64,000 bases of DNA, from contig CAVKFY010000087.1 in assembly GCA_963655775.1 (NCBI GenBank), positions 260-64,259 on the forward strand. Reading direction: 5' to 3'. The notes beneath the pieces are model-generated. The model was given only the letters and a program-made list of their open reading frames with translations. It was not told where the DNA came from and searched no databases. Both the position numbers and the translations under genes were made by a program. Position 1 is the first letter of the stretch; each line of letters opens with the position of its first letter. Positions 26,794 through 35,681 of the stretch are shown here, in pieces. Origin of the DNA: Alistipes communis. Lineage in GTDB: Bacteria; Bacillota_I; Bacilli_A; RFN20; CAG-826.

Positions 26794-28611
26794 ATGAAAA
26801 AGAAATTCGTGTTGTTATTCCCTTTGTTAGGTTCTTGTTTGCTAGCAGGTTGTAACTTAAATATATATGACATTGTTGGAAGTAGCCAAACTACCTCCCA
26901 TACAGAGAAACAAGCAAGCGATTTATCTAGCATTAAGCAAGGAAAGCTTTTGTATGGATTACAGATGAATAACGATTTTATCGGTGGCGAAATTGCTGCA
27001 GGATATAAGTTAGATTATCGTACGATTGGCGATGTTCCATATGTGAGCATGAATTCCCTTTCGACAATTTTAGGGCCAGAAAATTCAAAAATAAGCGTGA
27101 ACGTTAATAATGATATTTATACATATAACATTGTTACTCCAAGTAACGTTACCTATCCTATGACCATTGATTCCGTTAAGGATACGATCTCTTTTGATGA
27201 TTACGATAAATTCACGACAATGATCATAAACTATAACCAGATAAACGGTATTTCCACACTTGCAGAAAGTGCAGCAAGGGGGAAGACGAGCTATCTCAAA
27301 TATAGTGCGACAAATCCAACAGAGTATACTGCAGGGAAAGCAACGACATTTGACCTTAAGAGCCATTCGTTGGATGTTATTGGTTACGACAAAAAAGATG
27401 TATATATTCCTTTTGCCGTCGCCTCTGATCTTTTCCTTGAAGGCTTAGGAATGCCTTTTGCATATAACGGCGATGATTTCTATGTTGTCAATTCCGATAT
27501 GTTCCTTAAACCAGGAACTAAGGATACATTCTCTACATATGGTTATGATTTTTACCACGGATCTTTAACCAAAAAAGGCAGAAGTGCGGATTATTCGCTC
27601 TTTAACTACAATTCACTTTGTTTCAAAATTGATTATTTCTACGGCTTTGCTGATAAAGACGTTGCCCCATTGGATACATACTTAAGCAGCTCTGCAGTGA
27701 GTAAAGCTCACCCATCATTGAAGAAAAATCTTAAGTCTTCTGATAACGATACATACCAAGCTGCGGTTAATGAATTATTCTTCGGCCTTTTGGGAGATGG
27801 ACATACTGGCGTTAAATCTTTCTCTTCGGTATTTGGCGATGGAAACAATAATATTGATACAAATGTTTATTCGGATAGATTTTTGACTCTTTCTAGAAAT
27901 GCATCGGAATTATCAACAATTCGTAAATCCCATCTCGGAGATACGATTTCTGCTTTTAGCACCTATAGCAAAACTGCAATTATTCGTTTTGACGCCTTTG
28001 TTTCTAATTACATGGGAGATTTTAATCCACGTACGATTTCTAACTATGTTTCTCTGGATTCGTTTGCTATGTTCTATACCTACATGAAGAAAATCGAAAG
28101 CATAGATACAATCAAAAACGTTGTTATTGATTTATCACTCAATGGTGGTGGTGCGGCCGATGCGTGCATTGCTTTGCTTGGTTTCTTAACAAATGATGTA
28201 AAGATTAACTCTTATAGCCCACTCACCGGAAGCAAGACAACTCTTCATTACTCTGTTGATACAAACCTCGATGGAAGTATTGATGCAAAAGATGTTAAGT
28301 CTAATTACAAATTCTATGTCTTAACCTCAAATTACTCCTTCTCTTGTGCAAACTTATTCCCAACTGTTTGTAAGGAAAGCGGCTTGGCAAAGGTCATCGG
28401 TGAAAAGAGCGGTGGTGGAGCATGTGTTGTTCGTTCTACAACGACTGCCGATGGCATTGCGTGCCAAATGTCAGGAATTTCTCGTTTATGCACAAAACAA
28501 GCGGATGGCTCGTTCAAAGACAATGATGACGGAATTCAACCAGACTATACTCTAGAACGTGCATATTTCTACGATAATAAATCCCTTGCAACCTTCGTTG
28601 AAAGCAAATAA
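26794..28611 (+). CDS. Lipoprotein with a C-terminal S41 (tail-specific/Ctp-like) peptidase-fold domain.
   Basis: Lipobox LAGC; S41-type motifs VIDLSLNGGG (compare DLRxNxGG) and FYVLTSNYSFSCANLF (compare VLVNxxSASASE). Confidence 0.45.
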   Translation: MKKKFVLLFPLLGSCLLAGCNLNIYDIVGSSQTTSHTEKQASDLSSIKQGKLLYGLQMNNDFIGGEIAAGYKLDYRTIGDVPYVSMNSLSTILGPENSKISVNVNNDIYTYNIVTPSNVTYPMTIDSVKDTISFDDYDKFTTMIINYNQINGISTLAESAARGKTSYLKYSATNPTEYTAGKATTFDLKSHSLDVIGYDKKDVYIPFAVASDLFLEGLGMPFAYNGDDFYVVNSDMFLKPGTKDTFSTYGYDFYHGSLTKKGRSADYSLFNYNSLCFKIDYFYGFADKDVAPLDTYLSSSAVSKAHPSLKKNLKSSDNDTYQAAVNELFFGLLGDGHTGVKSFSSVFGDGNNNIDTNVYSDRFLTLSRNASELSTIRKSHLGDTISAFSTYSKTAIIRFDAFVSNYMGDFNPRTISNYVSLDSFAMFYTYMKKIESIDTIKNVVIDLSLNGGGAADACIALLGFLTNDVKINSYSPLTGSKTTLHYSVDTNLDGSIDAKDVKSNYKFYVLTSNYSFSCANLFPTVCKESGLAKVIGEKSGGGACVVRSTTTADGIACQMSGISRLCTKQADGSFKDNDDGIQPDYTLERAYFYDNKSLATFVESK

Positions 28612-28630
28612 TAACCATATATGAAAAGAA

Positions 28631-28657
28631 GCCCAACCATGATGATTGGGTTTTTTG
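28631..28657 (+). terminator. Rho-independent terminator.
   Basis: gcccaaccatgatgattggg followed by tttttt. Confidence 0.6.
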
Positions 28658-29050
28658 AACAAGAAAATAATAAAGTTTTACTAGTGATTTTTGATTAATT
28701 GGATATTTTATTGGCGAATTTTGCAAAAGTATTTCTATCAACGGGCCGGGGCGCTTGCCCCTTGACGCTTTCCGACCCGCAATGCTATTCTATAGTTGCT
28801 AAGATTATTTCTAGTATTAGCTTAACCAAGGCGGCTACCTTGATGGCTATTACTAGAATTTTTTCAATCTCAGGCATTTTATAGAAAGCCTTTCTTAATT
28901 TTGCGCCACTCTCTACTGGTAGGGGCTAGGCGCCTTTTCTTTTGCATTTTCCGCCGGTCCTCTGGCTTCCTCCTTCCCGGCTTGACCACCTTGCGGTCTC
29001 ACCTTATAATTTGACTAGCAACCGGGAAACCCCGGCCCCTTAGCATTCAC

Positions 29051-29125
29051 TAGTCAAGCAATGCAAGAGCCAAAGCCGTTATAACCAGCATTATGACGGC
29101 TTTTTTCAATATGCTTTTGTACATA
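29051..29125 (-). CDS. Candidate 24-aa hydrophobic peptide MYKSILKKAVIMLVITALALALLD (type I toxin-like).
   Basis: Perfect SD AAGGAGGT (29142-29135, minus) lies 9 nt before the ATG. The SD is embedded in the 3' arm of hairpin CCUUAGAGC-caac-GCUCUUAAGG. A long palindrome (TTGACTAG...CTAGTCAA) follows the stop. A convergent plus-strand terminator overlaps the ORF's 3' half. Confidence 0.3.
29075..29108 (+). terminator. Plus-strand rho-independent terminator inside the GC island; it would end an RNA antisense to the 24-codon ORF.
   Basis: 10-bp stem agccgttata/tatgacggct (one G-U pair), 8-nt loop, then tttttt. Confidence 0.5.
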
Positions 29126-29320
29126 TATATTTAACCTCCTTAAGAGCGTTGGCTCTAAGGGGTTAGAGTTTCCCGGGCGCCTCAGAACTAAATCTTACGG
29201 CACCTTCAAATTATAAAAATTAAAGGTCTTTCTATAAAGAAAATAATGCTTACTTTTACTTTCAAAAATATAGATAACATCGAATGTTTTAGTCATTTTA
29301 ATACAAAGCTAATTAATCTT

Positions 29321-29371
29321 TATATTCCTATGTAGTTTATACATATAATTACTAACTATAATAGGAATATA
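29321..29371. promoter_or_regulatory. Perfect 11-bp inverted repeat bracketing a TATAAT box upstream of the glf operon (candidate operator).
   Basis: tatattcctat (29321-29331) and ataggaatata (29361-29371) flank acaTATAATt (29344-29349). Confidence 0.3.
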
Positions 29372-29477
29372 AAACCACGCAAAAACGATTGATATTTATA
29401 GTTAATTTACGTGTTGTTAAAAAATTCTTTTTTAAAGCTATCTTTTGCCACTAAATGCTTAATGCTAAAATATCTTC

Positions 29478-30587
29478 ATGAGTTACGATTATTTAATTGT
29501 TGGTGCTGGTTTAAGTGGACTTACCATCGCTAGACTATTAACCGATGCAGGTAAAAAAGTCCTTGTTCTTGAGAAAAGGGATCATTTAGGCGGCAATATT
29601 GCTACCGACGTAAGAGATGGAATTATAGTCCATACATATGGGCCACATATTTTCCACACTTCTGATGATTTTGCTTGGTCTTTTTTCAATAAATATTCCG
29701 AGGTCTATCCATTTATCAATTCGCCAATTGCTAATTACCATGGTGAGCGTTATCACCTTCCATTTAACATGAATACCTTCCATGAACTTTGGGGTGTGAA
29801 CACGCCAGAAGAGGCAAAAACGAAAATCGCCGAAGAAATTGCAAAAGAAGGAATTAAAGAACCTTCAAATCTAGAAGAACAAGCTTTGAGCATGGTCGGA
29901 AGAACGGTCTATACAAAACTCATTAAAGAATACACCGAAAAACAATGGGGAAGAGATTGCAAGGAATTGCCTCCTTCGATTATCAAACGTCTTCCATTAC
30001 GTTTTGAATACAATAACAACTATTTCAACGATATTTATCAAGGTTTACCAAAGGGTGGATTTTCTGTCTTTGCAGAAAACATTGCTAGAGGCATTGAGAT
30101 TAGATACAACGTCGATTATTTGGAAGATAGGGAAAAATATAATTCCTTAGCAAAAACCATTATTTATACCGGGCAATTAGATTCTTTCTTTGATTATTGC
30201 TTTGGCAAGTTGGAGTGGCGTTCTCTTCGTTTTGAAACTGAAACGTTAGATGTTGATGATTATCAATCGAATCCTGTTGTTAATTACACCTCAAAAGATG
30301 TAGATTACACCAGAATTAGTGAGCATAAGCATTTTGATCCATATTGTGAAAATCATCATTCCACGATCATTAGCAAAGAATATCCAGACTCATATTCTGA
30401 CGGCAAGATTCCTTACTATACGGTTAATGACGAAAAGAATAATTCTTTGGCTAAGAAATATCTTGATGAAGCAAAGAAACTTGATGGGCATGTCTATTTC
30501 TTAGGCCGTCTTGCTTTGTATAAATATTTTGATATGGATGATGCAATTATTGCAGCAAAAGATTTGTTTGAATCTTTAGAAAAATAA
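29478..30587 (+). CDS. glf: UDP-galactopyranose mutase.
   Basis: N-terminal FAD-binding YDYLIVGAGLSGLTIA; length (369 aa) and C-terminal features typical of Glf. Confidence 0.85.
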   Translation: MSYDYLIVGAGLSGLTIARLLTDAGKKVLVLEKRDHLGGNIATDVRDGIIVHTYGPHIFHTSDDFAWSFFNKYSEVYPFINSPIANYHGERYHLPFNMNTFHELWGVNTPEEAKTKIAEEIAKEGIKEPSNLEEQALSMVGRTVYTKLIKEYTEKQWGRDCKELPPSIIKRLPLRFEYNNNYFNDIYQGLPKGGFSVFAENIARGIEIRYNVDYLEDREKYNSLAKTIIYTGQLDSFFDYCFGKLEWRSLRFETETLDVDDYQSNPVVNYTSKDVDYTRISEHKHFDPYCENHHSTIISKEYPDSYSDGKIPYYTVNDEKNNSLAKKYLDEAKKLDGHVYFLGRLALYKYFDMDDAIIAAKDLFESLEK

Positions 30588-30589
30588 TT

Positions 30590-31498
30590 ATGGATATTGT
30601 AAAACTCAAAGGTGCGACCAAAGATTATATTTGGGGTGGCACGTATTTAAAAACTTGGGGAAAAGAATCTCAAGGAGATAACATTGCTGAATCCTGGGAA
30701 CTATCTTTCAATGAGATGGGTCCTAGCGTTATTATCTCAGGCAAAGATGAAGGCAAACTTTTAATGGATGTTGCAACAAAAGAAGATATTGGATCAACAC
30801 CAGCTTCGTTTCCTTTCTTTCCTGTCCTTATTAAATTAATTAACTCTGCCGCTAATTTATCTGTTCAAGTTCATCCTTCTGATGATTATGCTTTAGAACA
30901 TGAGAATCAATTTGGCAAGACTGAGATGTGGTATGTTCTTCATGCAGAAAAAGGTGCAGGACTTTATGTTGGATTTAAAAGAAAAACCAGCAAAGAAGAA
31001 GTTCTTAAAGGAATCCAAGAGGGTTCTATCATGGATTTATTGAATTTTGTGGAAGTAAAGCCTGGTGAAAAATACTTTATTCCTTCTGGCACAGTCCATG
31101 CGATTGGTGCAGGAGTAACAGTTATCGAAATTCAACAAAATAGCACTCTCACATACCGTTTATACGACTATAAACGTAAAGATAAAAACGGAAAAGAAAG
31201 AGAACTTCATGTTGATAAAGCAATGAAAGTTCTTAATTTTGATGAATATAAGAAAATTGATTTTCCTGAGCCATTAATTGGCCAATGCAAATACTTCACT
31301 TCACTTGTTAAGGATGTGAAAGATGGAGATAAAATTGAAGCAAGAGAAGATTCTTTTGCATCTATAACATTCATATCTGGTGAAGGTGTTATAAATGATA
31401 TTCCATATAAAGTCGGTGATACATTCTTTATACCTGTCAAAAAATGTGCACACGTTTCTGGAAATGGTAAATATGTCCTAACGGAGGTAAGAAAATAA
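30590..31498 (+). CDS. manA: Class I mannose-6-phosphate isomerase (Firmicutes Pmi/ManA type, cupin).
   Basis: Zinc-ligand motif LSVQVHPSD, E...H downstream and cupin barrel; about 300 aa like Bacillus-type PMI. Confidence 0.7.
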   Translation: MDIVKLKGATKDYIWGGTYLKTWGKESQGDNIAESWELSFNEMGPSVIISGKDEGKLLMDVATKEDIGSTPASFPFFPVLIKLINSAANLSVQVHPSDDYALEHENQFGKTEMWYVLHAEKGAGLYVGFKRKTSKEEVLKGIQEGSIMDLLNFVEVKPGEKYFIPSGTVHAIGAGVTVIEIQQNSTLTYRLYDYKRKDKNGKERELHVDKAMKVLNFDEYKKIDFPEPLIGQCKYFTSLVKDVKDGDKIEAREDSFASITFISGEGVINDIPYKVGDTFFIPVKKCAHVSGNGKYVLTEVRK

Positions 31499-32448
31499 TG
31501 AAATACGTAGGAATTGATGTTGGTGGAACCTCAATTAAAGGAGGCTTCGTTTCAGAAGAAGGAGAGATTCTTAATCGTTTTGGCTTTCCAATCGATAAGA
31601 GCGCTACTCAAGAAGAATTAATCAATCGTCTTGGCGACTTGATTAATGAGCAAATTGTTAAATGTGATTATAAGAAATCAGAATTTGCTGGCATTGGAAT
31701 TGGCTCACCTGGATCCATTAACTCAGATACAGGATGTTGCGATTTTTCTAACAATCTTCATTGGCATCACCTTCCAATTGTAAAAATGATTGAAGAGAAA
31801 ACTGGCATGAAAGCTAGAATTGCTAACGATGCAAATGCAGCCATGGCAGGTGAAGCAAAATTTGGCGTTGGAAAGAATTATCATAACCTAGTTTTATTAA
31901 CCCTTGGCACTGGCGTTGGTGGAGGACTTTATCTTAATGACCATCTTTTTGTTGGAAATGAAGGAAAAGGCGCAGAAATGGGTCATATCATTATTAAAAT
32001 GGATGGCGAACAATGCTCATGTGGATTAAAAGGCTGTTTTGAAGCGTATGCATCCGTAACTGCTCTTATCCGTCAAACCAAAGCAGCAATGGAAAAAGAT
32101 AAGAACTCATTGATGTGGGATTATGTTGCCTATGACATTAACCGTGTTGATGGAAAAACCGCCTTTGAATGTTCAAAACAAGGCGATAAAACCGCTTTAG
32201 CAGTCGTTGACCAATATGAAGACTATCTAACGGTTGGTTGCCTTAATTACTGCAATATCTTTAGACCAGATGCCATTATTCTTGGTGGAGGACTTTCCAA
32301 TCAAAGAGAATACTTAACAAACGCTATTACTGAAAAGTTGAAGAAACTTAACTATGGCTATGCTTGCACTGCTCCAGTTAAGGTGTTTGTTTCCACTTTA
32401 GGAAACGATGCTGGTATTTTAGGCGCAGCAGCGTTGTTTATTGATTAA
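31498..32448 (+). CDS. ROK-family sugar kinase (glucokinase/fructokinase-like).
   Basis: N-terminal GIDVGGTSIKGG ATP motif; zinc motif CSCGLKGCFEAYAS; start overlaps the manA stop (TAATG). Confidence 0.8.
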   Translation: MKYVGIDVGGTSIKGGFVSEEGEILNRFGFPIDKSATQEELINRLGDLINEQIVKCDYKKSEFAGIGIGSPGSINSDTGCCDFSNNLHWHHLPIVKMIEEKTGMKARIANDANAAMAGEAKFGVGKNYHNLVLLTLGTGVGGGLYLNDHLFVGNEGKGAEMGHIIIKMDGEQCSCGLKGCFEAYASVTALIRQTKAAMEKDKNSLMWDYVAYDINRVDGKTAFECSKQGDKTALAVVDQYEDYLTVGCLNYCNIFRPDAIILGGGLSNQREYLTNAITEKLKKLNYGYACTAPVKVFVSTLGNDAGILGAAALFID

Positions 32449-32450
32449 TT

Positions 32451-32597
32451 ATGCATGAATATAAGGTTATAAAAACAAGAAACACAAAAGAAGCAGAAGA
32501 TGTCATGAACGAAATGGCTAAATCTGGTTGGAGAGTTATTGCTGTCACAACTTGGGTTTATTACATGAAATTCTTGGTCATCACTTTTGAAAGATAA
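32451..32597 (+). CDS. Small DUF4177-like protein (48 aa), not present in the ORF track because it is under 60 aa.
   Basis: MHEYKVIKTRNTKEAEDVMNEMAKSGWRVIAVTTWVYYMKFLVITFER matches the DUF4177 shape (MxEYKV..., ...GW.LVSV). Immediately followed by a strong terminator. Confidence 0.45.
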   Translation: MHEYKVIKTRNTKEAEDVMNEMAKSGWRVIAVTTWVYYMKFLVITFER

Positions 32598-32618
32598 CCA
32601 AATAACAAAACATATTAA

Positions 32619-32648
32619 AAGCGGGATCAAACGATCCCGCTATTTTCT
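32619..32648. terminator. Bidirectional rho-independent terminator between convergent genes.
   Basis: agcgggatc-aaac-gatcccgct with T-runs on both strands (tattttct on plus; ttttaatatg on minus). Confidence 0.7.
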
Positions 32649-32660
32649 AACTAAGCAAAT

Positions 32661-33284
32661 CTATTCAGCAACTTCGCTTGGCTTTTCTTCTTTCTTTTCT
32701 TCAAGTAAGTTGATCGTATCTTTCATCGATTTCTCAAACACTTCATCATTTGAGTTATCGAAGATTACTAACGAATATGGATCTCCTTCAACCTTGAGAT
32801 ATGTTGGAATGTTGAAGTCTTGTGTTTTGACCCACGCATCGAAGTTTTTGATTTTGAATACATCTCTATCAGAATTTCTAGAAATCATTCTGGCTTTAAC
32901 TGTTTCGATATCGCAAACTACCCAAACAATTACAAGGTGAGCACCATATTGCTCTTTAAGTTTATTTCTTAAGTTTGCAATATACTCAGGGTTATGAAGT
33001 TCTCTTGTGAATGGGGCGTTAATTAAAACGATATCTTCGTAATTTAAAGCGGTGAAAGCCATCTCAAGGATGACATCATATTCGACATCACGGATATTCT
33101 TTTGGAAGAATTCTCCTTCTCTTTCCACTGGAAGACCGGCAATTTTATATGCGACATTGCTTAAAGGAACAAGACTATCTTTATCTAGATACGTGACGTG
33201 TGACAATGTTTCAGCCAATTTCATTGAAACATAGGTTTTTCCACTTGCTGGTGGCGCGCTGACAATAATTAATTTCTTTTCCAT
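32661..33284 (-). CDS. P-loop NTPase, predicted kinase (AAA_33 / zeta-toxin-like fold).
   Basis: Walker A SAPPASGKTYV near the N-terminus; DKD Walker-B-like; about 207 aa. No obvious epsilon-like partner. Confidence 0.5.
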   Translation of the reverse strand: MEKKLIIVSAPPASGKTYVSMKLAETLSHVTYLDKDSLVPLSNVAYKIAGLPVEREGEFFQKNIRDVEYDVILEMAFTALNYEDIVLINAPFTRELHNPEYIANLRNKLKEQYGAHLVIVWVVCDIETVKARMISRNSDRDVFKIKNFDAWVKTQDFNIPTYLKVEGDPYSLVIFDNSNDEVFEKSMKDTINLLEEKKEEKPSEVAE

Positions 33285-33409
33285 CTCGAACAAACTCGCT
33301 CTCTACTTTTGAGGACTTTAATATTAAATCGCTTGAAAGGGCTAAAAACAAGCCAAACAAGTTACAAAATATGCTCGTATCAATATAAAACGCGATATTC
33401 TTTAATAAA

Positions 33410-33436
33410 TTAGCACTCAACACTTGCGAGTGCTAA
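33410..33436 (+). promoter_or_regulatory. CIRCE operator (HrcA binding site) upstream of clpB.
   Basis: TTAGCACTC-N9-GAGTGCTAA, a perfect match to the CIRCE consensus. TATAAT at 33446-33451 immediately downstream. Confidence 0.85.
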
Positions 33437-33496
33437 AAGAAGGGGTATAATATGCTCGTTCTCGAATGAGAGAACAAAATTTAGGAGGATTAAATT

Positions 33497-35617
33497 ATGA
33501 ACGACATGAATGGAATGGAAGATTATTCTCAAGATGAAAATGTTCTTGATAAGTTTGGACGTAACGTTAATGCGGACGTCAAAGCTGGTAAAGTCGATCC
33601 TGTAATCGGACGTGATGAAGAAATCAGAAAAGTAGTGCAAATCCTCGCAAGAAAAACGAAAAACAATGTTATTTTGCTTGGTGAGCCTGGCGTAGGCAAG
33701 ACTGCCATAGTTGAAGGATTAGCAGAGAGAATTGTTAAAAACGACGTTCCTCTTACTTTAAAGGATAAAGAGATTTATGAACTTGATATGGGTGCCTTAA
33801 TTGCAGGTGCTAAATATCGTGGCGAGTTTGAGGAACGTTTGAAAGCAGTTTTAAACAAAATCAAAGCGTCTGAAGGAAAGATCATTCTCTTTATTGATGA
33901 AATTCATCTTATTGTAGGCGCAGGAAGAACTGATGGGGCAATGGACGCTTCAAATATGTTGAAACCTATGCTTGCTCGTGGAGAAATTGATTGTATTGGT
34001 GCAACAACCCTTAATGAGTATCGCCAATATATCGAAAAAGATAGAGCGCTTGAAAGACGTTTCCAAACCGTTATGGTAGAAGAGCCAACGGTTGAAGATA
34101 CAATAACCATTCTTCGTGGTTTGAAACAAAGATTCGAGTCTTACCATGGAGTTAGAATTACCGATAATGCGCTTATTGCAGCAGCAACGCTTTCAAATCG
34201 TTATATCACCAATCGTTTCTTGCCAGATAAAGCTATAGATTTAATTGATGAGGCGTGTGCTTCTATAAAAGTTGAAATCGAATCTATGCCAACTGAGCTT
34301 GATGAAACAAATCGTAAGATTCGCTCTTTGGAAGTAGAAAAGGTTGCCTTAAATAAGGAAAACGATGAGTCTTCTCAAAAGAGACTTCAAGAACTTGAAG
34401 GAGAACTTAAATCCTATAAAGATAAATCCGAAAAGTTAACTGCAGAGTGGCAGAAAGAAAAAGCCCAAATCAAGGAAGCTAAAGACCTTAAAGTTAAAGT
34501 AGAGGATCTCAAAGTTGAACTTGGCAATTATTTCCAAGAAGGAAATTTTGAAAAGGCATCTAAACTTCAATATCAAACAATTCCTGAACTCGAGAAACGT
34601 ATCAAAGAATTAAGCGATTCCAGTGCTAACGGAGAACGCTTAGTAGATGAAATTGTTGATCAAGAATCTATTGCAAAGATTGTTGCTAAGATGACTGGCA
34701 TCCCAGTATCCAGAATCCAAAAAGGAGACAAAGAGAAGGTTCTTGATTTGAAGAACACTTTGGAGAAACGTGTAATTGGCCAAGAGAACGCTATAACTTT
34801 GGTCTCAAACGCTATTCTTCGCCAAAGAGCGGGTATTCAAAATCCAAATAGACCAATTGGTTCCTTCCTCTTTTTAGGACCTACTGGCGTTGGTAAAACA
34901 GAAGTGGCTAGAGCGCTTGCCGAAGCCTTATTTGATAACGAAAGCAATATTATCCGTATTGATATGTCTGAATATATGGAAAAATATTCTGTTTCTCGTT
35001 TGATTGGCGCAGCACCTGGATATGTTGGCTACGAAGAAGGAGGGCAACTTACAGAAAAAGTACGTCGTAATCCTTATTCGATTGTCTTGTTTGATGAAAT
35101 CGAAAAAGCGGATCCAGAAGTCTTTAACCTCTTGTTACAAATCCTTGATGATGGGCGTTTAACAGATTCACAAGGCCATCTTATTGATTTCAAAAACACA
35201 ATCATCATTATGACTAGTAACCTTGGAAGCGAGTACATTCTACATAACGAAAAAGATAAGGTTGAGGATCTTCTCCATCATACCTTTAAACCAGAATTCC
35301 TTAATAGAATTGATGAGATAGTATATTTCAATCCACTTAGCAAAGATGTCCAATTTAAGATTGTGGAAAAGATGCTTAACGAGCTTAAGAAGAGACTTGA
35401 ATATCAATACTATTCAGTAGACTTTAGCAAAGGATTGAAAGATTGGATTCTTGAATCGTCTTACACGCCTAACTTTGGCGCAAGACCTATTAAGCGTTTC
35501 ATCCAGGATAAGGTTGAAACTTCCTTGGCCACATCGATCATCAAAGGAGAAATTGATACCAAGAATAAGTTCCTAGTTGATGTGAAAGACAATCAAGTAA
35601 CAATTAGCAAAGAATAA
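33497..35617 (+). CDS. clpB: ATP-dependent chaperone ClpB, a short form lacking the N-terminal domain (Mollicutes type).
   Basis: Two AAA+ modules (GEPGVGKTA; GPTGVGKTE), a middle coiled-coil domain, and the C-terminal ClpB_D2-small domain. Length is 706 aa compared with about 860 aa for canonical ClpB. Confidence 0.85.
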   Translation: MNDMNGMEDYSQDENVLDKFGRNVNADVKAGKVDPVIGRDEEIRKVVQILARKTKNNVILLGEPGVGKTAIVEGLAERIVKNDVPLTLKDKEIYELDMGALIAGAKYRGEFEERLKAVLNKIKASEGKIILFIDEIHLIVGAGRTDGAMDASNMLKPMLARGEIDCIGATTLNEYRQYIEKDRALERRFQTVMVEEPTVEDTITILRGLKQRFESYHGVRITDNALIAAATLSNRYITNRFLPDKAIDLIDEACASIKVEIESMPTELDETNRKIRSLEVEKVALNKENDESSQKRLQELEGELKSYKDKSEKLTAEWQKEKAQIKEAKDLKVKVEDLKVELGNYFQEGNFEKASKLQYQTIPELEKRIKELSDSSANGERLVDEIVDQESIAKIVAKMTGIPVSRIQKGDKEKVLDLKNTLEKRVIGQENAITLVSNAILRQRAGIQNPNRPIGSFLFLGPTGVGKTEVARALAEALFDNESNIIRIDMSEYMEKYSVSRLIGAAPGYVGYEEGGQLTEKVRRNPYSIVLFDEIEKADPEVFNLLLQILDDGRLTDSQGHLIDFKNTIIIMTSNLGSEYILHNEKDKVEDLLHHTFKPEFLNRIDEIVYFNPLSKDVQFKIVEKMLNELKKRLEYQYYSVDFSKGLKDWILESSYTPNFGARPIKRFIQDKVETSLATSIIKGEIDTKNKFLVDVKDNQVTISKE

Positions 35618-35624
35618 TGAAATT

Positions 35625-35656
35625 CCCCTGTGAGCGAATAACTTACAGGGGTTTTA
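35625..35656 (+). terminator. Rho-independent terminator after clpB.
   Basis: cccctgt-N13-acagggg followed by ttttaca. Confidence 0.6.
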
Positions 35657-35681
35657 CATACGAAAATTTAATTATTGGATT

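Larger units (their letters stand above)
28741..29210. other. GC-rich structured noncoding island (candidate small-RNA / type I toxin-antitoxin locus) in an otherwise AT-rich 870-bp intergenic region.
   Basis: Several GC-rich hairpins: ggggc-gctt-gcccc (28750-28763), ccggg-aaa-cccgg (~29023-29037), GGUGCC/GGCGCC (~29175-29205, minus strand). An anti-SD-like CUUCCUCCUUCCC run lies on the plus strand (28968-28980). A plus-strand terminator is at 29075-29108. Confidence 0.4.

Noticed and set aside
28955-28991. Minus-strand GGUCAAGCCGGGAAGGAGGAAGCCAGAGGACCGG resembles the SRP RNA (4.5S/scRNA) domain IV core GUCAGGUCCGGAAGGAAGCAGCC.
   Set aside because: The nearly invariant domain IV sequence (GGAA tetraloop closed by UCC/GGA; 3' strand GGAAGCAGCC with the symmetric-loop A/C/A residues) is interrupted by insertions and substitutions. 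I could not find a convincing terminal helix pairing 5' and 3' ends, or a clear Alu-domain match. The purine-rich run is more simply explained as SD/anti-SD-like sequence within the candidate TA island. A covariance-model search (Rfam RF00169/RF01854) would settle this.
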